Shown: positions 1 to 8,656, counted from the stretch's first letter. The stretch: DNA of 40,499 nucleotides from a virus (IMGVR_UViG_3300036786_000065:1-40499); one strand, 5' to 3'. A program made the numbers and translations. Notes: generated from the letters alone by a model not told the origin.

Positions 1-151
1 GTGGTGATCGACCCGCCCACCGGGTCCAGCCCCGTCCAGGCCCTCGCCCACGCCACGATCGACCCCTCCACCGGGGCCGTCACGGGGATCGTGATGGACA
101 ATGTGGGCAATGGCTATGCGGTGACTCCCCTGGTCCACATCGGGGTTTCCC
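1..151. repeat. Terminal direct repeat (circular overlap), copy 1
   Basis: 1-151 matches 40349-40499 except T25 vs C40373. Confidence 0.95.
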
Positions 152-396
152 CCCGCACCGAGATCACGCTGACGGTGCTCGCGGACCTCTGCTCGGTCGG
201 CGCGGGTTTCACGGGGGCGATCTGGCCGCTGCTCTACACCAACCCCAGCACCGGCGAGGCGAATGTCGGCCACCGCGTGCCGCCGTCCTCCGTCACCTGT
301 GATCCCTACACCGCCGCTTACGACTTCACGGGGACGGTCCTCGACGGCACGGTGTTCCAAGGTACGTCCAAGGTGGTCACGATTCAGGGGGTGTGA
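1..396 (+). CDS. C-terminal part of Gly/Thr-rich tail protein that starts at 39053 and crosses the junction
   Basis: In frame with ATG 39053 through the overlap (40349-39053 = 432 codons); contains a GNGYAVTPLV module like other tail modules. Confidence 0.8.
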   Translation: MVIDPPTGSSPVQALAHATIDPSTGAVTGIVMDNVGNGYAVTPLVHIGVSPRTEITLTVLADLCSVGAGFTGAIWPLLYTNPSTGEANVGHRVPPSSVTCDPYTAAYDFTGTVLDGTVFQGTSKVVTIQGV

Positions 397-399
397 GCC

Positions 400-891
400 G
401 TGCCGGTCCCGGACGTCTTGATCTCGGCCCTGAAGCGCCGCCGACCGCGACCCAGGCCCAAGGCCAGCCCGCGCCCGAGACGGACGTTCCTCGCCGCGCT
501 CTACCCCGTCCTTCCGGTTCCGGATGTCTGGCGGGCCGGCGGATCGCTCGCGGGCTGCGACGACAACAACGCCAGCCTCCCGATCTGCGCGGCCGAGTTC
601 CGCCCGGCGCTCACGGACGACGCGATGGGGGCGCTTCGGAGGCGGCTCTCCCTCGTTTTCTCCTCGCGCGCCGGCTGGCCCGCGATCCTCCGCCAGACCG
701 ACCCGTTGCCGGCGGCTCCGGATCTCGGGCCTTCCCCCTATCCGCCGGGCTTCGATCCGAGTTCGATCGCCCCCTACCTGATGCGCCGGCGCCGGCGACG
801 ACCCAGCGTCCGGCGAGCGGGCCGGCCGGGATCGGGACTGGCCCACGCGCGGGCACGGGCGGCGCTCATCGCCCGGAGCTTCACGCCGTGA
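400..891 (+). CDS. Hypothetical Arg/Pro-rich protein at end of tail module
   Basis: GTG 3 nt after previous stop; GTGA overlap with next ORF. Confidence 0.5.
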   Translation: MPVPDVLISALKRRRPRPRPKASPRPRRTFLAALYPVLPVPDVWRAGGSLAGCDDNNASLPICAAEFRPALTDDAMGALRRRLSLVFSSRAGWPAILRQTDPLPAAPDLGPSPYPPGFDPSSIAPYLMRRRRRRPSVRRAGRPGSGLAHARARAALIARSFTP

Positions 892-1199
892 CGTGTTCGA
901 GCTGCGATCTCCGTCACCTCCCCGTCTGCGCCGGCGAGCTCGATCCCTCGGCGTGCTCCGGGTCCCCCGAGCGGCGCGCCCAGCGCTCGCTCTTCGCGTC
1001 GACCCTGGCCGGCTGGCCGGCGATCACCCGCGACGAGGCCAGCCCTCACGCCGCGGCGATCGACGCGACGGCCCTGGCCTCGCCCCGGCGGCCCCCGCTC
1101 GACGTCGCCGGCCGGATCGACCGAGCGAAGCCCCGGATCGCCCTGGGCGTCGCCCAGCGGCCCCCGCCGGGCTGTATCCCATGCGCGGCCAAGACGTAG
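888..1199 (+). CDS. Small Cys-rich hypothetical protein (CxxC at both ends)
   Basis: GTGA coupling at 888-891; TCSSC...CIPC. Confidence 0.55.
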   Translation: MTCSSCDLRHLPVCAGELDPSACSGSPERRAQRSLFASTLAGWPAITRDEASPHAAAIDATALASPRRPPLDVAGRIDRAKPRIALGVAQRPPPGCIPCAAKT

Positions 1200-1202
1200 G
1201 AG

Positions 1203-1335
1203 GGAAGATCTCACGCAGAGGCGCAAAGGCGCAGAGGAAGACGCAAAGGAAGATTCAAGGATTTATCCATCAATTCTTGATTGAGCATTCTCCGCGTTTT
1301 GCTCTGCGCCTCCGCGCCTCTGCGTGAGATCTTCC
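1203..1335. repeat. Intergenic hairpin element, family B (GCGCAGAG-type 8-mers)
   Basis: GGAAGATCTCACGCAGAGGCGC... pairs with ...GCGCCTCTGCGTGAGATCTTCC; starts 3 nt after stop at 1199. Confidence 0.9.
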
Positions 1336-1425
1336 TCTTCCGGCTTGTTATCGCGCGACCGACATGCGCTAATATGCTCGGCCGGGACGGCTTCTAGAGA
1401 CATCCCCCGGCCACGACGACCGCGC

Positions 1426-1486
1426 ACCGTCAACGGCGACGGCCCGCCTCTGCCATCCCGGAGGTCGGGCCGTTGTCGTTGACGGT
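1426..1486 (+). terminator. Long hairpin between convergent modules (terminator or small RNA)
   Basis: ACCGTCAACGGCGACGGCCCG / CGGGCCGTTGTCGTTGACGGT; mismatches are G-U pairs on the + strand. Confidence 0.5.
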
Positions 1487-1738
1487 TCAGCCAGCCGACT
1501 TCGGCTTTCGCCCGGCCCCGACCCGTGCCCCGCCGGGTCGGGGCGCCCGGCGGGGCACGTTCAGGCCGCGCGCGACCCCGCACTCGAACAGCGCGTAGTC
1601 GACAACAGCCAGGGCGTTCGCCGGGTCGAAGGTCTTCCCCTCGGCGGCCAGCGATTGCCCCAGCCGCTTGAGGTAGCGCGTGAAGCTGGGTGAGCAGGTG
1701 AGTGTGATCGTCACGTTCGGTTTCTCCGACGCGCTCAT
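1487..1738 (-). CDS. Small putative DNA-binding protein (RHH-like N-terminus, GGARxGAGRKPK tail)
   Basis: ATGA overlap with upstream gene; GGAGG RBS; basic AT-hook-like C-terminus. Confidence 0.6.
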   Translation of the reverse strand: MSASEKPNVTITLTCSPSFTRYLKRLGQSLAAEGKTFDPANALAVVDYALFECGVARGLNVPRRAPRPGGARVGAGRKPKSAG

Positions 1739-2223
1739 GTGAGCACCTCCAAAAAAAAAGCGGCGGCCAGGCACGTCTCCATATCGGCGACGATCGCCAG
1801 GTCGGGGTGGACCTCCAGCGCCGGCACGATCAGGCTCGCGATCAGGGGCCGCTCGGCGATCGCCCGCAGGCTGAACCCGGGCTCGATCGGCGTGCCCCGG
1901 AAGAGCTGCAGCGCGAGCCCTTGCAACGCCTGGGCGGCCTCGGCGTCGGCCGCCGGATCAAGGCCCGACAACAGCGCGCTGGTCGTCAGCGGGTGCTTGC
2001 CGCCGGACCAGAACGTGGCCATCGCCGCGCCGCGGGTTTCGCTGGTCCAGGAGAGCTCGAGCCGCCCGAGGCCCGGGACCGGGATCGTCTTGCGGAAGTG
2101 GTCGCCCCCGACCCGGAGCATCTTCGTGAACACGCGCACGGCCTCGGGTGCGAGCGTCCCCGTGTCGTGGACGCGGCGGCTCACCAGATCGCCGGCTTCC
2201 AGGGTCACGTCGTGGAAGAGCAC
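1735..2223 (-). CDS. Hypothetical protein
   Basis: 162 aa ORF tightly packed in leftward operon. Confidence 0.7.
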   Translation of the reverse strand: MLFHDVTLEAGDLVSRRVHDTGTLAPEAVRVFTKMLRVGGDHFRKTIPVPGLGRLELSWTSETRGAAMATFWSGGKHPLTTSALLSGLDPAADAEAAQALQGLALQLFRGTPIEPGFSLRAIAERPLIASLIVPALEVHPDLAIVADMETCLAAAFFLEVLT

Positions 2224-2225
2224 GG

Positions 2226-2837
2226 TCAGCCTCCCTTCGGGGCCGGCAGCCCCAGGATCGCGCGGACCTCGCGCGCCAGCGCCGGCCGCGACTCGCGGCG
2301 CACGTCGCGCACCACCACCCGGCCACCCGTCGCGGTCGCAAGTTTACGCATGAACGCGATGGCATTTGTGTCACTATCCGGGCCGACGTAGATCACGTCC
2401 ACGACGCCCGTGAGCCGCGCCGCCGATGCCAGCGCGGCGGCCTCGTCGTCGGGCTGGCCGTCCGAGATCACCAGGGTCCGCCTGGGCCGGTGCGCGGCCG
2501 CGGCGTCGAGGCCCAGGTGGAGCGCCGTGCCGCCCGCGGGTGCGGTGAGGGCCGAGGGCTGCGCCGCGGGCCGCGCGATCGCGTCGAAGCCGTAGAGGAT
2601 CGCCCCCGGGATCTCCGGCCAGCAGCCGGCCAGGGCCTCGCGCAGCAGGTCGATCTTGGAGACGCCGGCGCCGGCCGGCTCAGCCATTGAGCCCGACGTG
2701 TCGGCGAGGATCACGGTCGCCTCGCCGGCCCCGGCGAACCGGGCCTTAACCCGGTCGGACTCCCCCGTCACGCGGGGGGTGGACTTCGCGATCTGGGCGA
2801 TCAGCCCCTGGAGTGGGTTCTGGATTTCCTTGCTCAC
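2226..2837 (-). CDS. von Willebrand factor A (vWA) domain protein
   Basis: MIDAS DTSGS, GGT, VISDGQPD, VDVIYVG motifs. Confidence 0.85.
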   Translation of the reverse strand: MSKEIQNPLQGLIAQIAKSTPRVTGESDRVKARFAGAGEATVILADTSGSMAEPAGAGVSKIDLLREALAGCWPEIPGAILYGFDAIARPAAQPSALTAPAGGTALHLGLDAAAAHRPRRTLVISDGQPDDEAAALASAARLTGVVDVIYVGPDSDTNAIAFMRKLATATGGRVVVRDVRRESRPALAREVRAILGLPAPKGG

Positions 2838-3514
2838 GCGGCACCCCCTTCGGTCATCGCTTCAAAATACGTGCAACCGTAAAACGTCGCGTCGGTGTAG
2901 AGCGCCCGAAGCTCCGCGCAGAATTCCAGCAGCGCGGGCTTCTTGGCGATCAGCCCGCGCTTGGTGGTGATCGTGAGGCCGCGGAGCGTGACCAGGTGTT
3001 CACGGTCGTACTTGTCGCTGCCCTGGTTAATAAAGACCTGCTTGTCGTAGATCCGGACGGTCACGCTCCAAGGGGGCAGGTCGACCAGGTTGGCCGCGCG
3101 GAGCAGGATCACCCGCGCCGCCTCGGCCCGGCGCTCGGCCTCGGCCACGTCGGCCGCGGCCTTGACCTTCGCGACCTGCGCGGCCGCCTCCGCCTTGGCC
3201 CTGGCCTCCGCGGCCCGGGCCTCGGCGATCGCCTGCTCGCGCCGGGCGTCGGCCCCGGCGTTCTGCCGCGCCTGCTCGGCACGAACCGCCGCCGCCGCCT
3301 CGGCGGCGACACGCTCACGCTCCCGGGCTCGCGAGATCGACGCCTCGCGGTCGGCGGCGTCTCTCTGGATCTTGGCCTTCTCGGCCTCGTCGAGCACGGC
3401 CGAGCGGGCCGCGGCCTCCATCGCCGGGTGCCTCCGGACGGCCTCCTGGAGGGCCGCCCGGATCAGGCCGAGGACCTGGTCGTCGGAGAGGCTGGAGAGG
3501 TCGAGATTATCCAC
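2834..3514 (-). CDS. Coiled-coil hypothetical protein
   Basis: Ala/Glu/Arg-rich central helix; overlaps both neighbours. Confidence 0.7.
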   Translation of the reverse strand: MDNLDLSSLSDDQVLGLIRAALQEAVRRHPAMEAAARSAVLDEAEKAKIQRDAADREASISRARERERVAAEAAAAVRAEQARQNAGADARREQAIAEARAAEARAKAEAAAQVAKVKAAADVAEAERRAEAARVILLRAANLVDLPPWSVTVRIYDKQVFINQGSDKYDREHLVTLRGLTITTKRGLIAKKPALLEFCAELRALYTDATFYGCTYFEAMTEGGAA

Positions 3515-4523
3515 GGGTCACCACCTTGGCCGCCTCGGCCGCGATCCGCAGGACCTCGGGGTGGTTGGGGTCGAGGGGCCAACCGTTTTGGGTCTCCAGG
3601 GTGATCGCCTTGGCCTTGCGGTCCCCGCGGATCGTCGAGCCGTCGGAGAGCGTGACCGTCAGGTTGGGCTCGCTCCGCTTGGAGGTTGCGACGGCCGACA
3701 CCACGGAGATCCCGGCCAGCCCCCGGGAGGTCGCGGCCTTGAGGCACGCATCCCACCGCTCGCTCTGGTAGAGCGACAACTCCGCGAGGGCCTCGCCCGC
3801 GACCAGCACCGCGACCTTGCCGCGGCGCCCCCGGATCGTGACCTCGCCCTCCGTCACCTCCACGGCCTCGCCGTCGGCGGTGTCGTGGGCCGTGTCGGGG
3901 TCCAGCGCGGCGGCCCGGAAGATCCCCGCCGCCCGCTGCCGCCGCTCCGCGTCCTCTTCCGCCGCGACCCGCTCCCGCTCCTCGCGCTCGGCTTTCTCGG
4001 CCAGCCGCCGCGCCTCGGCGGCCTGGCACTCGGCGGCGAAGGTCGGTGTCAGGCCGCGGGTCTCGACTTGCTGGGCGGCCCAGCGGTGGTAGGAGGACAG
4101 GACCTCCGCGTCGCGGTTGTCGATCCACCAGCGGGCGTCGCCGTGGGCCATCACCTCGGAGCCGAGCAGCGCGAAGGCGTCGCCCAGCTCCTCGATCGCG
4201 ACCTCGGAGAGCCCCTTCGAGCGAACCCGGTCCAGGCTCGCCGCGTTGGTCGCCGCGACGGCCTTCGACGCTGCGACCCGGATCGACTCGGCCCAGGCCA
4301 CCTGTTTCTCGGAGCCCGCGAGGGGAGCCAGTCCGATCGACCGGGCTTCCTCGGCCGCCGTCGCGTTCGCGGCGGCCCGGTCGGTCTCCTTCTTCGCGTG
4401 GTAGCAGACCGCGCAGAGGGTGCCGCCGAGCCAGCTCTCCTTGCGGTCGCGCTCCTCGCTCTTGCCAAAGAGGTCGTGGACCTGGTCGTGACCGCAACTG
4501 TGCGTGATCGTATACTTCGCCAC
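3507..4523 (-). CDS. Phage hypothetical protein with N-terminal putative Zn site (CGH...CxxC) and GSEKQVAWAESIR motif
   Basis: RBS AGGAG; first gene after a strong promoter. Confidence 0.75.
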   Translation of the reverse strand: MAKYTITHSCGHDQVHDLFGKSEERDRKESWLGGTLCAVCYHAKKETDRAAANATAAEEARSIGLAPLAGSEKQVAWAESIRVAASKAVAATNAASLDRVRSKGLSEVAIEELGDAFALLGSEVMAHGDARWWIDNRDAEVLSSYHRWAAQQVETRGLTPTFAAECQAAEARRLAEKAEREERERVAAEEDAERRQRAAGIFRAAALDPDTAHDTADGEAVEVTEGEVTIRGRRGKVAVLVAGEALAELSLYQSERWDACLKAATSRGLAGISVVSAVATSKRSEPNLTVTLSDGSTIRGDRKAKAITLETQNGWPLDPNHPEVLRIAAEAAKVVTRG

Positions 4524-4556
4524 GGGAGTCTCCTATCACCGTTAGGGGGCTTCCAG

Positions 4557-4589
4557 GGGCCGGAGGGTGTTAGTCGCACCCTCCGGCCC
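4557..4589 (-). promoter_or_regulatory. 13-bp perfect leader hairpin of leftward operon
   Basis: GGGCCGGAGGGTG-TTAGTCG-CACCCTCCGGCCC, between promoter and start codon. Confidence 0.6.
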
Positions 4590-4626
4590 TGACCTGTTCC
4601 GGGACCGTTTCGGCCCCACGCGATGG

Positions 4627-4655
4627 ATTATACCTCCAATGTAATCAGAAATCAA
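4627..4655 (-). promoter_or_regulatory. Sigma70-type promoter of leftward accessory operon
   Basis: Minus strand TTGATT-17 bp-TATAAT; imperfect palindrome 4643-4670 over the -35 and perfect palindrome 4680-4698. Confidence 0.75.
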
Positions 4656-4816
4656 GTCTGAATTTTGATTTAGTGGGGAATGATTCCCCGGGAATCATCA
4701 CACGCCCCTCGGCCGCCGCAGATACCGCACCGCCGCCGCCAGCACGACCAGGCCAGCGATCGCGAGCAGCCAGGTGTCCCGATCGTAGGCCGAGAGCATG
4801 GGCCGTCCCCCCCTCC

Positions 4817-4867
4817 GAGTGGTCAGTCATCCGCAACTGACAACTGACCACTGAGAACTGACAACTC
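4817..4867. repeat. Intergenic hairpin element, family A (short, asymmetric)
   Basis: GAGTGGTCAGT followed by ACTGACA/ACTGACC/ACTGAGA heptamers. Confidence 0.75.
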
Positions 4868-4910
4868 ATTCCCCCGCCCCAGCCAGGCCGGGCTCCGCCG
4901 GGCGGGGGCG

Positions 4911-4929
4911 TTTATGCACGGTGCATAAA
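4911..4929. promoter_or_regulatory. parS-like palindrome, copy 1
   Basis: TTTATGCAC-G-GTGCATAAA; same palindrome recurs inside parB. Confidence 0.6.
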
Positions 4930-4930
4930 G

Positions 4931-5401
4931 TCAGCGCTGTGGTCGTAAGTTGTCCCGATTTATTCGACCGGAAGCACCCTTGTGCTCGCCGGACTCGACC
5001 ACGACTTGCACAGGTCGGCCGCCGCTCCCGGGGTCGGGGGCGTCCTTCCGATAAGGATTCGCGGATCGCATTGCCTCGGCGACCTTCGGGTCGGAGGTCT
5101 CGCTCGCGATCTCGTCGAGCTTCTTCCTGGTCATCTCATAATACCCCGGGTCGAATCCGACGGTCACGGCAGTCCCGGGGGCGAGCGAGGCCACTTGCAC
5201 GAATCCCAACGTCCCTTTCTCTTTGGTGACCAGGTAGATCTCGTCCTCTTCGCCGGTCTTCCCGTACTTGACCGCATTGGGTGTGTAGGCGACGATCGCC
5301 CGATCGCCGGCCTCAAGCTTGCAATACACGTCGTGCTCCTCGGAGGGACCGCACCCGCCGAGGAACGAGAGGCCCGCCAGCACAGCACACGCACGCCGCA
5401 T
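4931..5401 (-). CDS. Lipoprotein, possible superinfection exclusion
   Basis: MRRACAVLAGLSFLGGC signal with lipobox; downstream of putative repressor. Confidence 0.65.
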   Translation of the reverse strand: MRRACAVLAGLSFLGGCGPSEEHDVYCKLEAGDRAIVAYTPNAVKYGKTGEEDEIYLVTKEKGTLGFVQVASLAPGTAVTVGFDPGYYEMTRKKLDEIASETSDPKVAEAMRSANPYRKDAPDPGSGGRPVQVVVESGEHKGASGRINRDNLRPQR

Positions 5402-5516
5402 CGCGAAGTCCCTCCCGTCGAAGATTACGAAACCGTCGCGACGTCGCGACGGCACGGGATCAGACTCACACGCAAATGCGCATACGTCAATACTGTGGAT
5501 TTGTTCAAGCGTTGGG

Positions 5517-5747
5517 CTAGGCGTCGCCAGCGATGCGCTTGGTCTCGGCCTTGATGTAATCCCGGTGAGCCTTCTCGGCGCAGGGCGTGAGGAACTGCTC
5601 GCAGAACTCGGCAGCCGTCATGCCACGCTCGCCCGAGGCGCGCTTTACCTTGTCCGCGAACTCTTTATAGACGCGGACCATCGTCGATTGCCGTTCGCCC
5701 TTTTTCCGCCCCATCTTTCGGGGAACCTCCAGCACGGTGGTCGCCAT
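5517..5747 (-). CDS. Putative ribbon-helix-helix repressor
   Basis: 76 aa; basic arm then STMVRV strand and two helices; divergent from early genes. Confidence 0.6.
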   Translation of the reverse strand: MATTVLEVPRKMGRKKGERQSTMVRVYKEFADKVKRASGERGMTAAEFCEQFLTPCAEKAHRDYIKAETKRIAGDA

Positions 5748-5816
5748 CAGAGATTTCCCTCCCCAATCTAGCGGTAAACGCGGTGGACGGCGAGACATGA
5801 CTCTTAATTGGAAGCA

Positions 5817-5886
5817 ATGGTATACAAAAATTCTAGGCAAGTCAACCGTTATTCTGGTTGACACCGTATACCGTTATCGTTAAGAT
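5817..5886. promoter_or_regulatory. Back-to-back divergent promoters (genetic switch)
   Basis: Rightward TTGACA(5858)-17-TAAGAT(5881); leftward TTGACT(5845)-17-TACCAT(5822); GTCAACC-N8-GGTTGAC inverted repeat; ACCGTTAT twice. Confidence 0.75.
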
Positions 5887-5926
5887 AGTCTCATCGGGTC
5901 GAACGGTTCGGCCCGGAAACGAAAGT

Positions 5927-5960
5927 GGGCCGGTGAGAGGGTTGCAGCTCTCACCGGCCC
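5927..5960 (+). promoter_or_regulatory. 13-bp perfect leader hairpin of rightward early operon
   Basis: GGGCCGGTGAGAG-GGTTGCAG-CTCTCACCGGCCC. Confidence 0.6.
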
Positions 5961-5995
5961 GGGTGGATCGGCCCCGCATAGGACACGATCTTACG

Positions 5996-6238
5996 ATGAA
6001 CGTACCACGCAACGCCCAGCCCGGCAAGCCTCGCCCGTTCGGCGAGGGCATCCTGCCCCCCGACGACGGCGAACCTTTCGCCCTGTCCTCGGAAGACAAC
6101 CCGCCCCACCGCGTCGCGATCTTCCAGCGCGCGTGGCTCAACTGCCACGGCGTCGCGCTCCCGGCCCACGAGGCCAAGGCCCGGCTCGACGGCTTCGCTC
6201 GGATGGGGCTGAGCTTCAAGGAGGTGAACTGTGGCTAA
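5996..6238 (+). CDS. Early hypothetical protein
   Basis: First ATG after the promoter, AGGA RBS. Confidence 0.55.
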   Translation: MNVPRNAQPGKPRPFGEGILPPDDGEPFALSSEDNPPHRVAIFQRAWLNCHGVALPAHEAKARLDGFARMGLSFKEVNCG

Positions 6239-6398
6239 GCCCACCGTCACCTCGCGCAAGCCGCGCCGCAAGCGCCCGATCATCACCACGGCCGTGCCGG
6301 CGTCGCGCTGGCCGGCCTGGACCGATCGGCCTCTCGTCGCCGTGTGCTCCGCGATCGCGCGGGCCGACCGGGCGGGAACGGCGGTGGCCCGTGGTTGA
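6231..6398 (+). CDS. Small basic hypothetical protein (55 aa, not in ORF track)
   Basis: AAGGAGG RBS before GTG; overlaps both neighbours. Confidence 0.55.
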   Translation: MAKPTVTSRKPRRKRPIITTAVPASRWPAWTDRPLVAVCSAIARADRAGTAVARG

Positions 6399-6684
6399 GA
6401 TCCTCTACGACGGCGACGGCCAGGCCGTGGCCCGCGTGCTCGACTACCGCGACGGCCTCCCCTCGGAGATCGAGTGGGACCCGCGCTACGACTCCGACCG
6501 GATCGAGGACCTCCGCGCCCAGCGCGACGAGCCCAGCGAATGGGCCTTCGACGACGACACCAACGAATGGCCCCCGCTCGACGCGTACGGGCCGCCCCCC
6601 GCCGAGGCTGATCCCACCGGCCCGTCCGTCGAGGACGAGGCGTGGTGGGCCGCCGAGACGACCCGCGAGCTGGCCCTGGCCTGA
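6391..6684 (+). CDS. Acidic hypothetical protein
   Basis: 97 aa, Asp/Glu/Trp-rich; coupled to upstream ORF. Confidence 0.6.
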   Translation: MVEILYDGDGQAVARVLDYRDGLPSEIEWDPRYDSDRIEDLRAQRDEPSEWAFDDDTNEWPPLDAYGPPPAEADPTGPSVEDEAWWAAETTRELALA

Positions 6685-6693
6685 AGACTTTTT

Positions 6694-6798
6694 GCCACAG
6701 AGCACACAGAGGGCCAAAGAGGGGAAAACGAGAAATACCGGAATTTCGATATTCCTGAATTTCTCATTTCTCTCGGTGCCCTCTGTGTCCTCTGTGGC
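6694..6798. repeat. Intergenic hairpin element, family B (CACACAGAG-type 9-mers)
   Basis: GCCACAGAGCACACAGAGGGC / GCCCTCTGTGTCCTCTGTGGC around an AT-rich centre. Confidence 0.85.
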
Positions 6799-6829
6799 CA
6801 ATCCCCTCTTACCCCGGGAGATCCCGATC

Positions 6830-7171
6830 ATGGCCTGCGTCGATGCCTTGCTTGCCGAGATGACGGCCGACCAGTTGATCGACTTGTACCGCGACACGCT
6901 CGCGGAGTTGCCCTACCAGCCCTACGGCTGGCCTCTGGACGAGGTCCGCGAGAGCTTTCCAGGCATCGCCGCCCGGCTCGACACGATCAACGCCGCGCTG
7001 ATCATCTGCGAGTTCCGCGACCAGGCCGTGGACGCGGAACGAACGCCCCTAGCCGCCGCCGCCCCCCTGGCGGCATGCAAGGCCGTTCTCTCTTCGCCGC
7101 TCTACGGCGACGAGCCGTCCGAAGAGGCGATCAAGATGGTTGAAGCCGCGATCGCCAAGGCCACCGCCTGA
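6830..7171 (+). CDS. Hypothetical protein
   Basis: GGGAG RBS; 113 aa, helical. Confidence 0.6.
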   Translation: MACVDALLAEMTADQLIDLYRDTLAELPYQPYGWPLDEVRESFPGIAARLDTINAALIICEFRDQAVDAERTPLAAAAPLAACKAVLSSPLYGDEPSEEAIKMVEAAIAKATA

Positions 7172-7216
7172 CGGACCCTACAATGCCTCGATCCCTCACA
7201 TCACAGGAGCCCCGCC

Positions 7217-7780
7217 GTGGAGACGCACCGTCTCTATCCCCGGACCCCCGCGCCGCAGCCGGCCGGGGGCTTTCCGTCCGCGCTGGCCGAGGTGACGGAA
7301 CGCTGCGGCCTCGTCCCCGCATCCTCGCTGGCCTCGCCCTCCGACCACGCCGAGGCCGACCCGCAACCGCCTCCGGACCCCAAAGTGCCCGGCAAGGCCA
7401 AGGCCCCGGCCGTCGGGATCTCGACCCAGGTGCTGTACGAGGACATGCTGCTGACCGTCTCGGTGCAGGCCCCGCTCACGACCGCCAACCTGGCCGCGCT
7501 GCGGGCCAAGCTGAAGAGACTCGGGCTGGAGCCGCTGCCCGCCCCCGTGGTCTGGACGCCCGAGGGATTGCCGATCTGCCCCCGCCACCACGTCCTCATG
7601 ACGCGGCGCGAGATGCAGGGGGACGTCTGGTACAGCCATGCGTTCCCCGTGCTCGACGCCGACGGCGAGCCGATCCTCGACGGCAAGGGGAAACCCAGCT
7701 ACCGGCTGGACGTTTCGCGCAAGGTGATCTTCTGTCGCGGCTGCGGCGGCAGGTCGTCGCCCGGCTGGGAGCTGCCCTAG
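7217..7780 (+). CDS. Hypothetical protein with possible Zn ligands (CPRH...H...C)
   Basis: AGGAG RBS; 187 aa. Confidence 0.65.
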   Translation: METHRLYPRTPAPQPAGGFPSALAEVTERCGLVPASSLASPSDHAEADPQPPPDPKVPGKAKAPAVGISTQVLYEDMLLTVSVQAPLTTANLAALRAKLKRLGLEPLPAPVVWTPEGLPICPRHHVLMTRREMQGDVWYSHAFPVLDADGEPILDGKGKPSYRLDVSRKVIFCRGCGGRSSPGWELP

Positions 7781-8086
7781 GCCGGGTGGCCGGGCGGAGC
7801 CGGCTCCCGAACACGGGAGTACGGGTTTGTTCACGTTTCGCCAGGCTGCGCGCCTATTTAGGTTCTCACTTTTGGGAATCCGGACGGTGGATGCGCGCAT
7901 GCCCTTGGCGCACCCGGGGATCGCGCGGTAATCGTTGTCTCGTGCGGACCAACGGGGCCTGTCATCCCCGCCGCTTGTGGAGTTGTGTTCCCCAGCCTCG
8001 GCCGGGGACCATCACGGGTCGACCGAACGGGGATGACAGCCCGTCTCGGCCGGCCCGTTCCCTTTGGTCCCCTCAACCCCCGGAGT

Positions 8087-8149
8087 CGGTCGCTCGTCAG
8101 GGTCCTCGTCAAAGAACCCCCGTCGAGGTCAACGGCCGTCGAAAGCGAT
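8087..8149 (+). ncRNA. Candidate structured cis-RNA motif, copy 1
   Basis: GGGTCCTCGTCAAAGAACCCCCG (8100-8122) at the apex of a stem, followed by TCGAAAGCG; second copy at 10151. Confidence 0.45.
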
Positions 8150-8233
8150 GAACGCCCTCAATTCCGCGCTGGCGGCCTCGCGCCGCCTCGCTCTCCGTCC
8201 GCGCCGAGCCAGAGCGCGGGGGAGGCGTCAACC

Positions 8234-8656
8234 GTGAGTCGATTCACCACGCCCGACAAGGTCCGCCGCGTTCGGGCCTACCACCCGCCGTCACTCTTCG
8301 CGGGCCCCGATCCGCGTGACGACGTCCGGCCGAGCCAGGCTCAGCCACCCTCATCGGCCGAAGCCCCGTCGGACGCCGGCCACCGTTGCCGGCTGGTCCT
8401 GACGATCGACGATCGCGACTTCCGGGTCCGCGTCGAGGTCGGGCCGGAAGGCCACGCGGTCGCCCTCGACGGCCCGCGCGGCGATCGCTGCCGGGTCACC
8501 GTGGATGACGACCACGGCCTCCACGGCACCTGCTACGCCTGGTCGGCCGAAAGCGGCTGTGTCCACTCCAATGCGGCCTATGCCGCCGGGCTTTTCCCCG
8601 AGCTCGACCTGGTCCCCCTTAAGCCCACGATCGCGGTGGGGGGGGGTGAACCTTGA
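8234..8656 (+). CDS. Hypothetical protein with degenerate SWIM-type Zn finger
   Basis: GGAGG RBS; beta strands then HGTC...GCVH; coupled to rep. Confidence 0.55.
   Translation: MSRFTTPDKVRRVRAYHPPSLFAGPDPRDDVRPSQAQPPSSAEAPSDAGHRCRLVLTIDDRDFRVRVEVGPEGHAVALDGPRGDRCRVTVDDDHGLHGTCYAWSAESGCVHSNAAYAAGLFPELDLVPLKPTIAVGGGEP

Noticed and set aside
1-396. Diversity-generating retroelement target in the tail fibre
   Set aside because: No reverse transcriptase and no template/variable repeat pair with adenine-specific differences
4645-4869. Short ORFs with SVVSCQ/LTTDN or SWRLGG/RRGG peptides
   Set aside because: These are translations of the hairpin repeat arms, not credible genes
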